From the NCBI GenBank assembly GCA_038327125.1, contig JBBQKR010000003.1, positions 18,302-82,301 of the forward strand: a stretch of 64,000 nucleotides of DNA. Reading direction: 5' to 3'. Both the position numbers and the translations under genes were made by a program. Below the pieces are notes generated by a model. It made no database searches. It saw only the letters and a list, made by a program, of their open reading frames with translations, and was not told the origin of the DNA. The DNA comes from Solirubrobacterales bacterium (GTDB lineage: Bacteria; Actinomycetota; Thermoleophilia; Solirubrobacterales; Solirubrobacteraceae). Numbering within the stretch: position 1 is the first letter of the stretch; every line of letters starts with the position of its first letter. Shown one piece after another: positions 48,148 through 56,986 of the stretch.

Positions 48148-48551
48148 CGCGGCAGCACGAAGCTGACGACGAGTGCCTCGCCGCGACTGGTCGAGGACCG
48201 CACGGCCACGCCGTCGGCGGTCACGGCGAGCAGCCGCGCGAGTCCGCCATGGCGTACATCGGACAGCAGCGACCGTGCCGTGCCGCCCGCGAGCCCGCAG
48301 ACGTGCAGCTGCAGGCCGTCGCCGCCGCGGTCGACGCGCGCCTCGATCGTCACCCGTGATCCGGGCAGCGACTGCGTGACCGCCTCGAGCACCTGCGAGA
48401 TGTCCTCGAGACGACTTGCCGGCAGGTTCGTCCGCGCGGCGAGCATCCCGACCGCCCGCACGAGGACCGGGGCGGCCATCGCGCCGTGCCGCACGTCGAT
48501 GCGGACCCGCGGCGCACCGGATGCCTGTTCGACGGCGACGGCGCCGCTCAC
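48144..48551 (-). CDS. Hypothetical protein; possible degenerate (ATP-site-less) RsbW-like module
   Basis: Translationally coupled on both sides (GTGA with the RsbW-like stop, ATGA with the STAS start). VRAVGMLAARTNLPASRLEDISQVLEAVTQSL resembles the RsbW N-terminal helix, but N-box (E..N..H), G1 and G2 motifs are absent. Confidence 0.5.
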   Translation of the reverse strand: MSGAVAVEQASGAPRVRIDVRHGAMAAPVLVRAVGMLAARTNLPASRLEDISQVLEAVTQSLPGSRVTIEARVDRGGDGLQLHVCGLAGGTARSLLSDVRHGGLARLLAVTADGVAVRSSTSRGEALVVSFVLPR

Positions 48552-48958
48552 GCCGGACCACACAGAAAGGTCATGCGCACGTCGTGGGCCCCATCGGCCC
48601 CTGACGACATCTGCACGCTGTCGGCGAGCGCGACGACGAGCGGGAGACCCAGCCCGAGCCCCGGGCTGTCGTGGCGCGGACCCAGCCCGCCGCCCCAGTC
48701 GCGCACGACGAAGTCCACATCGGCCTCGCTCGCCACGACCAGCAATGCCACCTGGCCGCGCTGCTCACCGTAGGCGTGAACGACGACGTTGGCGCACGCC
48801 TCGCCGACCGCCAGCGCGACATCCTCGACGCGCTCCGGTGGCAGGCCCGCGACCTCGGCGGCGGCCATCGCCGCCTGCCTGATGACGGACACGTTCTCGG
48901 GCAGCGCTTCTGCGAGGAGTTCCACGTCGGCCTGGCCTGCCTCAGGGTGTCCGTTCAT
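48548..48958 (-). CDS. Anti-sigma factor serine kinase (RsbW/SpoIIAB-like, HATPase_c)
   Basis: N-box LAVGEACANVVVHAY, G1 VVRDWGGG, G2 GLGLGLPLV. Confidence 0.88.
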   Translation of the reverse strand: MNGHPEAGQADVELLAEALPENVSVIRQAAMAAAEVAGLPPERVEDVALAVGEACANVVVHAYGEQRGQVALLVVASEADVDFVVRDWGGGLGPRHDSPGLGLGLPLVVALADSVQMSSGADGAHDVRMTFLCGPA

Positions 48959-49260
48959 CGGTTGGCGCGCGGCGGAACTGGGAGCCCACGGCGGCGGGGC
49001 GATCGTGAGCGCGCCCGCGAACCGTATCGCCGATACCAAGGCACGGGACCCTCACTGATTCTCGCCGGACGTCCGCACACCGGGGGTTGTGTCCAGGACG
49101 AGCGCGCGCCAAACACGGACGCGACGCTATGTGACCATGTTTGCCCGGGTTGAGGGTCCGGTGAGCTGGTGCATCCGCGAGCCTGACCGACCCCGACCAT
49201 CTTGGCCACGCGCAGCCGCGGGGACAGGATCGACTCGAGCGACCAGGAGGTCCCCCCCAC

Positions 49261-50037
49261 ATGGCAACGACGCCACGCATCATGGATGAGCAGGAACTGC
49301 TCCACCGCTATCACGTCGACGGTGACCGGAAGGCCCGGCAGGAGCTCGCCGAGCGCATGCTCCCCTACGTCCGTCGCATCGCCCGCCGCTACGCCAATCG
49401 CGGCGAGTCCCTCGACGACCTGGTCCAGGTCGGCTGCGTGGGGCTGCTGAAGGCGATCGACCGCTTCGACATCTCGCGCGGCGTGCAGCTGCGCACCTTC
49501 GCCGAGCCGAACGTCACCGGCGAGATCCGCCGCCATTTCCGCGACCACGGCTGGTCCGTGCACATGCCGCGTGACCTGCAGGAGCTGAACGCCGGGATCG
49601 TCCGTGAGACCGAGCGCCTCGGCGGCAGCCTCGGCCGCGCGCCAACCGTCAACGATCTGGCCGAGCGCCTGGAGGCGAGCCCCGAGGCGATCGTGCAGGC
49701 GATGCTCGGCGCGCGCAGCTACAACGCCTCCTCGCTCGACGAGCCGGACGAGACCGGCGAGAGCCGGATCGCGGCGCTCGGGGCGCCCGACGCGGAGTTC
49801 GGCCGGGCCGATCAGCTCCAGCTGCTGCGGGTGGGTGCCGCGTCACTGCCCCAGCGCGAGCGGCGCATCGTCTACCTACGCTTCTTCCACGAGCTGCGCC
49901 AGCACGAGATCGCGCACGTCATGGGCATCTCGCAGATGCACGTCTCGCGCCTGCTGCGCTCCTCGCTGGTCCGGATGCGCGAGGCGATGCTGGAGGGCGG
50001 CGCGCCCGAAGCGACGCTTTCGCAGCGCGCTGCGTAG
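49261..50037 (+). CDS. RNA polymerase sigma factor, SigB/SigF/SigG (group 3) family
   Basis: Region 2 LDDLVQVGCVGLLKAIDRFD...FAEPNVTGEIRRHFRD. Region 3. Region 4 LPQRERRIVYLRFFHELRQHEIAHVMGISQMHVSRL. RBS AGGAGG. Confidence 0.92.
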   Translation: MATTPRIMDEQELLHRYHVDGDRKARQELAERMLPYVRRIARRYANRGESLDDLVQVGCVGLLKAIDRFDISRGVQLRTFAEPNVTGEIRRHFRDHGWSVHMPRDLQELNAGIVRETERLGGSLGRAPTVNDLAERLEASPEAIVQAMLGARSYNASSLDEPDETGESRIAALGAPDAEFGRADQLQLLRVGAASLPQRERRIVYLRFFHELRQHEIAHVMGISQMHVSRLLRSSLVRMREAMLEGGAPEATLSQRAA

Positions 50038-50367
50038 TCACGTCGCCGAGGGGTCGCCGAGCTCGAGATGCTCGGCGATCTGCGCCAGCTCGATCGCGCG
50101 GAGCACGGGCCCGCTGCCCGGCAGCACCCGCAGGATGCCCCCGGCCGCCTCGGCCGCGCGGCTGGCGACCAGGAGCACGCGGAGGCCCGAGGAGTCGATG
50201 AAGGTCGCGGCCGCGAGGTCGAGGACGATCTCGCGGCACCCCGGATCGGCGAGGCGATCGCAGAGCTCGCGCTCGAGCTCCGGAGCGGTGGCGATGTCGA
50301 GCTCGCCGCGCACCGCGATGCGCGTGTGCCCGTTCTGCGAGCTGTCGCTCAGCTCGAAAGGCGTCAT
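50038..50367 (-). CDS. STAS-domain anti-sigma-factor antagonist (second copy)
   Basis: RIAVRGELDIATAPELEREL......IVLDLAAATFIDSSGLRVLL. The ATG shares 1 nt with the upstream PP2C stop. Confidence 0.88.
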   Translation of the reverse strand: MTPFELSDSSQNGHTRIAVRGELDIATAPELERELCDRLADPGCREIVLDLAAATFIDSSGLRVLLVASRAAEAAGGILRVLPGSGPVLRAIELAQIAEHLELGDPSAT

Positions 50368-52697
50368 CAGAGCACCCTGCCGACGACGATCGCCACGTCG
50401 TCGCGGGCCTCGGCGCGGTCGTCGTCGAGCGCTCGCTCGATCGCGTCGAGGATGGCGTCGGCGGAGTCGGTCGGCGCGCGCGTCAGCGCGGCGTGCAGGC
50501 GCTCGGGCCCGAACAGCGACCCGTCGGGCAGCCGCGCCTCCGTGACGCCGTCGGTGAAGAGCACGAGCGCATCGCCCGGGCCGAGCCGCAGCTGCGCGCC
50601 GGCACTCCTGATGTCCTTGAAGAACCCCAGCAGCGTGCCCGTCGCGGCGACGGCCTCGACGGAGCCTCCGGCGCGCACGATCAGCGGCGGCGGATGGCCT
50701 GCGCAGGCGACGTCGCCGACGACGACGTCGTCCTCGCGCCGCAGCGCCGCCCACGCGAGCGTGCAGAACTGATCGCCGGGCGCATCCTCCAGCACCGCCT
50801 GGTTGACGGTCGCCACGCGCTCACGCAAGCCGTGCTCGGCACGCGCCGCGACGCGCACGGCATGGCGGACCAGGGCTGTCGTGGCGGCCGCTTCGACACC
50901 CTTCCCGGAGACGTCGCCGATGACGAGCATGCGCTCCGCCTGCGCTTCGAACAGGTCGAAGAAGTCTCCGCCGACGTCGGCGGCGCCGCGCGCGGGGCGA
51001 TAGAGCGTGGCGAGCTCCAGTCCCGGCCAGTCGGGCAGCTCGTTGGGGAGCAGATCGCGCTGCAGCGCCGTGGCGACGCGATGCTGCTCGGCGTAGAGCT
51101 GACTGTTCTCGACCGCGAGCGCGATCCGGCGCGCGATCAGTTCGAACGTCTCCACGTCGCGCGGCTCGTGGACCCAGTGCCCGCGCGTCGCCAGGACGAT
51201 GCAGCCGTGGACGCGCTGCGCGTGGCTGATCGGCGCGAGCAGCGCCGTCGCAAAGCCGTTCGCGCGCAGCCAGGCGTCGGCCGGCGCGGCCCCCTCGTCG
51301 TCGCGCACGAGCGCGAGCGTCTGCTGCAGGCTGACGCAGTCGGCGGCCGGGTGGCCCGTGGGCACCTCGCGCTCCGGATCTGCGGCGACATCCTCGCCGC
51401 CGGCGAGCGTGCGCAACCGCAGTGATCCATCGGGCCCATTGAGGTAGACGAGGCCGGCGTCGGCCACCTCGGCGACGAGCATCTGCAGGATCTCCTCGAT
51501 CCGCGCCTCGACGGTGTGGGGGTGGTCGAGCAGCCGCCCGACCTCCGCCAGCCAGCGCAGCGCGCGCTGGTCGCGGTGCTGCTCGGTCGTGTCGTCGAAG
51601 ACGCTGACGACCGCGGCGATCCGCTCGCGCTCGTCGCGGATCGGCGCCGAGCTCACGCGGACGACGGCCCAGCTTCCGTCGCGGCGCTCGAACTGGAAGT
51701 CCTCGCCTTCGATGGTCTCGCCGGTCCGCAGCGAGCGCTGGTGGGGCCAGTCCTCGGGGGTCACCGGCGTTCCGTCCGTGTGGCGTCCGGGGTGCGCGTC
51801 GAACCAGGCATCCGGGGGTGCATCACCCGCAGCCTGCCGCTGGATCTCCGCTGCGCGCTGGTTCCGGATCAGGGTGCGACCTTCAATGTCACGAATCGTT
51901 ACGGCTGAGGGCATCTGGTCCACGACCGACTGCAGCCAGCGGTGCTCGCTGCCGAGCCGCGCGGTCAGCGCCCGCGAGTCGTAGAGCAGCGTCGAGTTCT
52001 CGAGCGCGAGCGCGACGCGGTCGGCGGCGCGGTCGAACAGCTCGAGGTCCGCGGCCCCGAAGCTGTGGCCGTCGCGGTGCAGGCCGACGTCGCCGACGTG
52101 CCGGTCGGCCACGCGCAGCGGCCCCCGCAACGTCCAGCCGCTCGCGTCGGAGCGGACGGTCGCTCCGCGGTCGCGCCCGTTCGGGGCAGGGCCGGGCGGC
52201 ACCTCCACGCCCGCCTCCCCGACGAGCGGGCCGCGACCGTCCGGCGGCCGCAGCTCGACGCGCGCGCCGTCGGCGAACTCGGGCACGAGCGCCCGGGCGA
52301 CGGCGCGGACGAGTTCCGCAGGCGGACGTGCGCTGGTCGCGATCAACCCCTCGAGCAGCCCCTCGAGCAGGCGCTCGCGCTCCATCCGCGTGCGGGCCAG
52401 CGCGATGAGCACCGCGAGGATCGAGCCCGCTAGGACGATGCCGACGCGGACGGCCTGCTGCGCGCCCGGAGTTGACGCCCAGTCGAGGCTCAGCACGGCG
52501 ACCAGGCACGCCGCCGCGCCGACGCCGGCGACGACCCGGGGCGGTAGACGCAGGCCGGCGAGGAGCGGCGCGAGCACGGCGACGCCCGCGACCGTGACCT
52601 CCGGCGTCAGCAGATCAGTGACGACCACCACGACGAGCACCCCGAGCGACAGGGCGAGCCAGACCCGCGGCGATGTCGCGCCGAGGCGGTCCCACAC
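50367..52697 (-). CDS. Membrane-anchored GAF-PAS-GAF-PP2C (SpoIIE/RsbU-type) serine phosphatase
   Basis: N-terminal TM segments, sensory repeats, and a C-terminal PP2C (GGDFFDLFE...LVIGDVSGKGVEAA...LVLFTDGVTEA...DDVAIVV). Confidence 0.88.
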   Translation of the reverse strand: MWDRLGATSPRVWLALSLGVLVVVVVTDLLTPEVTVAGVAVLAPLLAGLRLPPRVVAGVGAAACLVAVLSLDWASTPGAQQAVRVGIVLAGSILAVLIALARTRMERERLLEGLLEGLIATSARPPAELVRAVARALVPEFADGARVELRPPDGRGPLVGEAGVEVPPGPAPNGRDRGATVRSDASGWTLRGPLRVADRHVGDVGLHRDGHSFGAADLELFDRAADRVALALENSTLLYDSRALTARLGSEHRWLQSVVDQMPSAVTIRDIEGRTLIRNQRAAEIQRQAAGDAPPDAWFDAHPGRHTDGTPVTPEDWPHQRSLRTGETIEGEDFQFERRDGSWAVVRVSSAPIRDERERIAAVVSVFDDTTEQHRDQRALRWLAEVGRLLDHPHTVEARIEEILQMLVAEVADAGLVYLNGPDGSLRLRTLAGGEDVAADPEREVPTGHPAADCVSLQQTLALVRDDEGAAPADAWLRANGFATALLAPISHAQRVHGCIVLATRGHWVHEPRDVETFELIARRIALAVENSQLYAEQHRVATALQRDLLPNELPDWPGLELATLYRPARGAADVGGDFFDLFEAQAERMLVIGDVSGKGVEAAATTALVRHAVRVAARAEHGLRERVATVNQAVLEDAPGDQFCTLAWAALRREDDVVVGDVACAGHPPPLIVRAGGSVEAVAATGTLLGFFKDIRSAGAQLRLGPGDALVLFTDGVTEARLPDGSLFGPERLHAALTRAPTDSADAILDAIERALDDDRAEARDDVAIVVGRVL

Positions 52698-52728
52698 GTC
52701 TTCGCTGTCCGCCCGGGCTGCCGTCAGG

Positions 52729-52971
52729 TCAGCCTACGCGCTCTCGCTCGTCGGGACGCAGTTCGGCGACGTGCGCGGACTGCGCGGCGTTGAGCGAGCG
52801 GGTGCGCCGTCGCAGGCGCCGGCGTCGCGGACCGTCGATCGCGTCGCGGTCGCCGGCCCCGTCACGCGTCCCCGCCGGCGGGCGCTTGGGCCCGATCAGC
52901 AGGCCGACGACGACGAGCACGGCGAGCAGCACGGCGATCGCCACGACGACCGTGCCGACGATCTCCGACAC
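52729..52971 (-). CDS. Small single-TM protein with a basic C-terminus
   Basis: MSEIVGTVVVAIAVLLAVLVVVGLLIGPKRP... No motif recognised. Confidence 0.4.
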   Translation of the reverse strand: MSEIVGTVVVAIAVLLAVLVVVGLLIGPKRPPAGTRDGAGDRDAIDGPRRRRLRRRTRSLNAAQSAHVAELRPDERERVG

Positions 52972-52975
52972 CCGG

Positions 52976-53419
52976 TCAGTCCTTCACGACGTAGGAGCGA
53001 ACGGGAAGCCCGAACGCGCGCTGGATGACGTCGGGTTGGAGCCGCTCCTCGTGGTACCCGGCCGCTTCGCCCTCACGGTGCACGGTGACGATCCGGTCCG
53101 CGGGGAACCCTGTGAGCGCATCGCCGATCGCGGTCAGCGGGTCGCTGTCGCCGACGGCGGCGCTGACGTTCGCGCCGGTCACCCGGTCGACGGCGCCCGC
53201 CGTCGCGGACGCCGCGACCGCCGCCTCGGCGATCGCCTCATCGGCGTCGGAGACCCAGTACGCCAGTGCTGAGTCGTTGATGCTGGGTGCGAGCACACGG
53301 ACCGATGCCCGCTCCAGATCGTTCTCCCGGAGGACGCGAGCGATGTCGTCGCCATCGAGCGGGACGGCGGTGACGAGCAGAACGCGAGCCGGCGGGTGCT
53401 TGGCGGGGGGCATGGTCAT
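52976..53419 (-). CDS. Hypothetical alpha/beta (universal-stress-protein-like) domain protein
   Basis: ARVLLVTAVPLDGDD...VRVLAPSINDSALAYWVSD...VGDSDPLTAIGDAL..FPADRIV pattern. ATG 53419. Confidence 0.5.
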   Translation of the reverse strand: MTMPPAKHPPARVLLVTAVPLDGDDIARVLRENDLERASVRVLAPSINDSALAYWVSDADEAIAEAAVAASATAGAVDRVTGANVSAAVGDSDPLTAIGDALTGFPADRIVTVHREGEAAGYHEERLQPDVIQRAFGLPVRSYVVKD

Positions 53420-53597
53420 GAATTGGCGATACCCGGGATCCATGTCGCCCAACCACGGCCCCGGGAACGACAGACGACGAGCAGCGTCGCGAGGACACCG
53501 GGGGGCCGGCTGCTGGGGACGTCGATCGTCATCACCTGCGCGAACCATCGCGGGCAGGGCACGCTGCAACGTCCGGGCAGCGCGGGAAGGTCCCGGG

Positions 53598-55541
53598 ATG
53601 GCCAGTCCTCGCGCGCCGGTCCGGATCGCGCTGCTCGCCGCGGCGTTGCTCGCGGCCGGTGCCGCGCCGGCATCGGCGGTCACGATCGGCGTCGACGCAG
53701 CCACCGGAGCCGACGCCCCGCTCTGCGGCGTCGGAGTCAGCACGCCGTGCCTGACGATCCAGTACGCGATCGCGAACGTCGCCACGCCCGGTGACCGCGT
53801 CGACGTCGCCCCCGGTGTCTACAGCGGCCCGGTGCTGGTCGACAAGCAGGTCGTCCTCGCGGGCGCGCAGTTCGGCGTCGACGCACGCACCCGCGCGGTT
53901 CCCGTCGCGCAGGAGTCGGTGATCACCGGCGGCGAGCCGTCCTCGCCGGTGATCGTCAGCGGCACCGGCGCGATCGTCGACGGCTTCCAGATCAGCGGCA
54001 ACACCGCGAGCGCGGGCATGTACACGGTAGCGACCGGGTCGCGCTACCAGATCCGCAACACGATCTTCACCGACAACGTCTTCGGCCTGTACCTGAACAC
54101 GGCGGCGGGTCAGGACACCGTCGTCCTGCACAACCGCTTCCAGGCGAACAACCGGCCGGGCGGCGTTTCGGGGACCAGCATCTACGCCGACTCGGGGTCG
54201 CAGAACATCCGGATCGAGGAGAACCGCTTCACCGGCAACGACGGAGCGACCGTGAACTTCGCCGGCGGCTCGCTGCAGAACGAGGTGCAGGACCAGATCG
54301 CCATCAGCCGCAACGACTTCATCGGCGAGAACTCGATGGTGCTCGTCGGCGCCGACGACGTCACGGTCAGCGACAACCTGTTCGACGGCGGCGGATTCGA
54401 CGCCGTCAGCGTGTCGGGCGGCAGCAGCGAGGTCGTGATCGCCGGCAACACGATTCGCGGGAAGGCACGTGACGGCGTCCGCGTCCGTGATCCCTTCGGC
54501 GGCGGGACGAACCGCGGCGTCCGCGTGCTCGGGAACTCGATCACGGGCTCCGGGCAGGCCGGCATCCACGTCCTGCCGGGCGCGCTGCTCGGCAGCCTCC
54601 TGGCGGCCGGGAACCGGATCGCCGGCAACACGGCCGGCGTGGTCAACGAGGACGACGACCCGCTGCGCGCCGAGAACAACTGGTGGGGCTGCAGCACCGG
54701 CCCGAACACGGCGGGCTGCGACGCCACGAGCACGCCCGGCATCGGCGGACCGGTCGACGGCGACCCGCGGCTCGTGCTCGGCGCGAGCGCGGAGCCCGGC
54801 TCGATCGGGACCGGCGGACAGCTCGCGGCGGTCACGGCGAGCCTGCGCACGAACTCTGACGGCGTGACGCTCGCCGCCGATGCGCCGTTCCCGGAGGCGG
54901 GGGTTGCGTTTGCGACCACGCTCGGATCGATCACGCCCTCGGCGACGACGGTGTGGGGACAGGCGCGGGCCGTGCTCACGTCCGGCCTGGTGACCGGTAC
55001 GGCGACGGCGACGGCGACGCTCGACAACGCCTCTGCAACCACGCTCGTCGCGATCGTCAGCGCGGCGGGCCCGGCGGGCCCGAGTGGTCCTGCCGGCCCG
55101 GCCGATGCCGACGGCGCTCAGGGGTCAGCGGGTCCCGCGGGCCCCCAGGACCCGGCCGGCGGTTCCGGTTCCCAGGCCAGCGGCGAGGTCACGGCCGGGC
55201 GGATCGTCATCTCCTATCCGCAGCGCGGTGCGCCGATGTCTGCGCGGGGGGTCGTCTTCATCACCGTACGCTGCGGCGCCGCCGTCGCGCAGTCGTGCTC
55301 GGGGCTGCTGCGCCTGCGCCAGGGAAGCTCGCTTTCAGGCTCGCTGCTCGGCCAGGCCTCGTTCCTCGTGCGCGGCGGGCGCTCCCAGAAGATCGCGGTG
55401 CTGCTCGGCTCCGCCGCGCAGAGCCGGGTGCGCGCGCGGGCGCGGCTCGCCTCGACGGCGTATGCGACGCGCGCCGTCGCCGCGGGAACGATCCCCTCGG
55501 CACGGAGCACGCAGATCAACGGCGCGATCCTCGCTCCCTGA
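53598..55541 (+). CDS. Secreted right-handed parallel beta-helix repeat protein with an interrupted collagen-like segment and a C-terminal beta domain
   Basis: Signal peptide MASPRAPVRIALLAAALLAAGAAPASA. Repeated ..N.F..N / I.GN.I beta-helix rungs. GPAGPSGPAGPADADGAQGSAGPAGPQDPAGGSGSQ at about 55066-55190. Confidence 0.75.
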   Translation: MASPRAPVRIALLAAALLAAGAAPASAVTIGVDAATGADAPLCGVGVSTPCLTIQYAIANVATPGDRVDVAPGVYSGPVLVDKQVVLAGAQFGVDARTRAVPVAQESVITGGEPSSPVIVSGTGAIVDGFQISGNTASAGMYTVATGSRYQIRNTIFTDNVFGLYLNTAAGQDTVVLHNRFQANNRPGGVSGTSIYADSGSQNIRIEENRFTGNDGATVNFAGGSLQNEVQDQIAISRNDFIGENSMVLVGADDVTVSDNLFDGGGFDAVSVSGGSSEVVIAGNTIRGKARDGVRVRDPFGGGTNRGVRVLGNSITGSGQAGIHVLPGALLGSLLAAGNRIAGNTAGVVNEDDDPLRAENNWWGCSTGPNTAGCDATSTPGIGGPVDGDPRLVLGASAEPGSIGTGGQLAAVTASLRTNSDGVTLAADAPFPEAGVAFATTLGSITPSATTVWGQARAVLTSGLVTGTATATATLDNASATTLVAIVSAAGPAGPSGPAGPADADGAQGSAGPAGPQDPAGGSGSQASGEVTAGRIVISYPQRGAPMSARGVVFITVRCGAAVAQSCSGLLRLRQGSSLSGSLLGQASFLVRGGRSQKIAVLLGSAAQSRVRARARLASTAYATRAVAAGTIPSARSTQINGAILAP

Positions 55542-55563
55542 CCGCCACCGCACGGAGCGGCAG

Positions 55564-55607
55564 GAGAGGGGCCAACCCGCCCCCCACGCTGGCAGGGGGC
55601 CCCTCTC
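55564..55607. terminator. Composite GC-rich hairpin between the convergent beta-helix gene and cfa
   Basis: Outer stem GAGAGGG / CCCTCTC and inner stem GCCCCC / GGGGGC. No clear U tract. Confidence 0.35.
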
Positions 55608-55741
55608 ACCGCTGGACCGTCACCTCCCTCAACCCCTCCCCAGGCTGAGTCTTCAGCGCCGTGCATCCGGGGGGATGTGGACACGACGACGCCCGATGAA
55701 CGGTACGCACCGGAAACCGCCAACGCGCCGGTTCGCGGTCG

Positions 55742-56986
55742 TCAGGCGGCGGCCAGGCGCAGCGCCGGGATCAGCGGCTCGGCGCGGAAGCGCGGCTTGG
55801 CCAGCAGCAGCTGCACGTCGTAGATCCGCCGCTCCGCAAAGCCCGCCTCGCAGTAGGCGAGGTACAGCGTCCACAGCCGGCGGAAACGCAGGTCGTATCC
55901 CAGCCGCCCGATCTCGCGCTCGGCCGTGAGGAAGTTCGCCCGCCACTCCTGCAGCGTGCGCACGTAGTGGCCGGTGATGTCCTCGAGCTGGACGACGCGC
56001 AGGTCGGTCTCGCGGCGCACCGAGCGCGCGATCACCTCCTGCGAGGGGAGGCACCCGCCGGGGAAGATCAGCTGGTTGATGAAGCTCTTCGAGGCCTTCT
56101 CGACCTCGTAGGCGCGCTCGTCGATCGTGATCGCCTGGAGCAGCATGATCCCCTCGGGCGTGAGCAGGTCCGAGCAGGCCTTGAAGTACGTGCCGAAGTC
56201 GCGCCAGCCGACCGCTTCGATCATCTCGATCGACACGAGCTTGTCGTAAGTGCCCTCGAGGTGCCGGTAGTCCTGCTGGAGCACGGTCACGCGGTCCTGC
56301 AGGCCGGCGGCGCGCACGCGCTCGAGCGCCGCCGCATGCTGCTCGGCGCTGATCGTCGTCGTGGTGACGCGACAGCCGTAGTGGCGTGCGGCGTGGACGG
56401 CCATCGCGCCCCAGCCGGTGCCGATCTCCAAGAGATGGTCACCGGGGGTCAGCTGCAGCTTGCGGCAGATGCGGTCGAGCTTCGCGAGCTGCGCCTCGTG
56501 CAGCGTCGCGCCGGGCGTCTCGAAGACGGCGGCCGAGTACATCAGCGTCTCGTCGAGGAAGAGGCGGTAGAGGTCGTTGCCCAGGTCGTAGTGGGCGGCG
56601 ATCTGGCGGCGGCTGCGCCCCGGGGTGTTGCGCCGCACGGACGAGGCGAGGTTCTGCGCGGGCCGGGCGACCGGTCCCAGCCAGCGGCGCAGCGCGTCGA
56701 ACTGCGTGGCGTTGCGAGCCGCCAGGCGGATCAGCGCGACGAGGTCCGGCGAGGACCAGGCGCCGTCGCCGTAGGAGCTGCCGAGGCCGAGGCTGCCGCG
56801 CAGCAGGCTGGGCCAGAGCACGTCGTCGTGGACGTCGAGCCGTGCACGCAGCGGCGCGCGCGGGTCGATCGTCCCGACCCGGTGGACGGTGCCGTCCGGC
56901 TCGTGGACCGTCAGCTCACCGTGGCGGGTGCGGCGCCCCAACAGCGCGAGCACCGCGGTTCGCGCGAGTCGTGTCTTCGTCGTCAT
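55742..56986 (-). CDS. Cyclopropane-fatty-acyl-phospholipid synthase family SAM-dependent methyltransferase
   Basis: AHYDLGNDLYRLFLDETLMYSAAVF, SAM motif LLEIGTGWGAMA, IEAVG...F. Confidence 0.9.
   Translation of the reverse strand: MTTKTRLARTAVLALLGRRTRHGELTVHEPDGTVHRVGTIDPRAPLRARLDVHDDVLWPSLLRGSLGLGSSYGDGAWSSPDLVALIRLAARNATQFDALRRWLGPVARPAQNLASSVRRNTPGRSRRQIAAHYDLGNDLYRLFLDETLMYSAAVFETPGATLHEAQLAKLDRICRKLQLTPGDHLLEIGTGWGAMAVHAARHYGCRVTTTTISAEQHAAALERVRAAGLQDRVTVLQQDYRHLEGTYDKLVSIEMIEAVGWRDFGTYFKACSDLLTPEGIMLLQAITIDERAYEVEKASKSFINQLIFPGGCLPSQEVIARSVRRETDLRVVQLEDITGHYVRTLQEWRANFLTAEREIGRLGYDLRFRRLWTLYLAYCEAGFAERRIYDVQLLLAKPRFRAEPLIPALRLAAA

Noticed and set aside
49127-49152. SigB/SigF-type promoter (GTTT...GGGT) upstream of the sigma factor gene
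   Set aside because: GTTTGC and GGGTCC are separated by only about 9 nt, against the 12-16 nt expected for SigB/SigF-type promoters. There is no GGGTAT-like -10 element.
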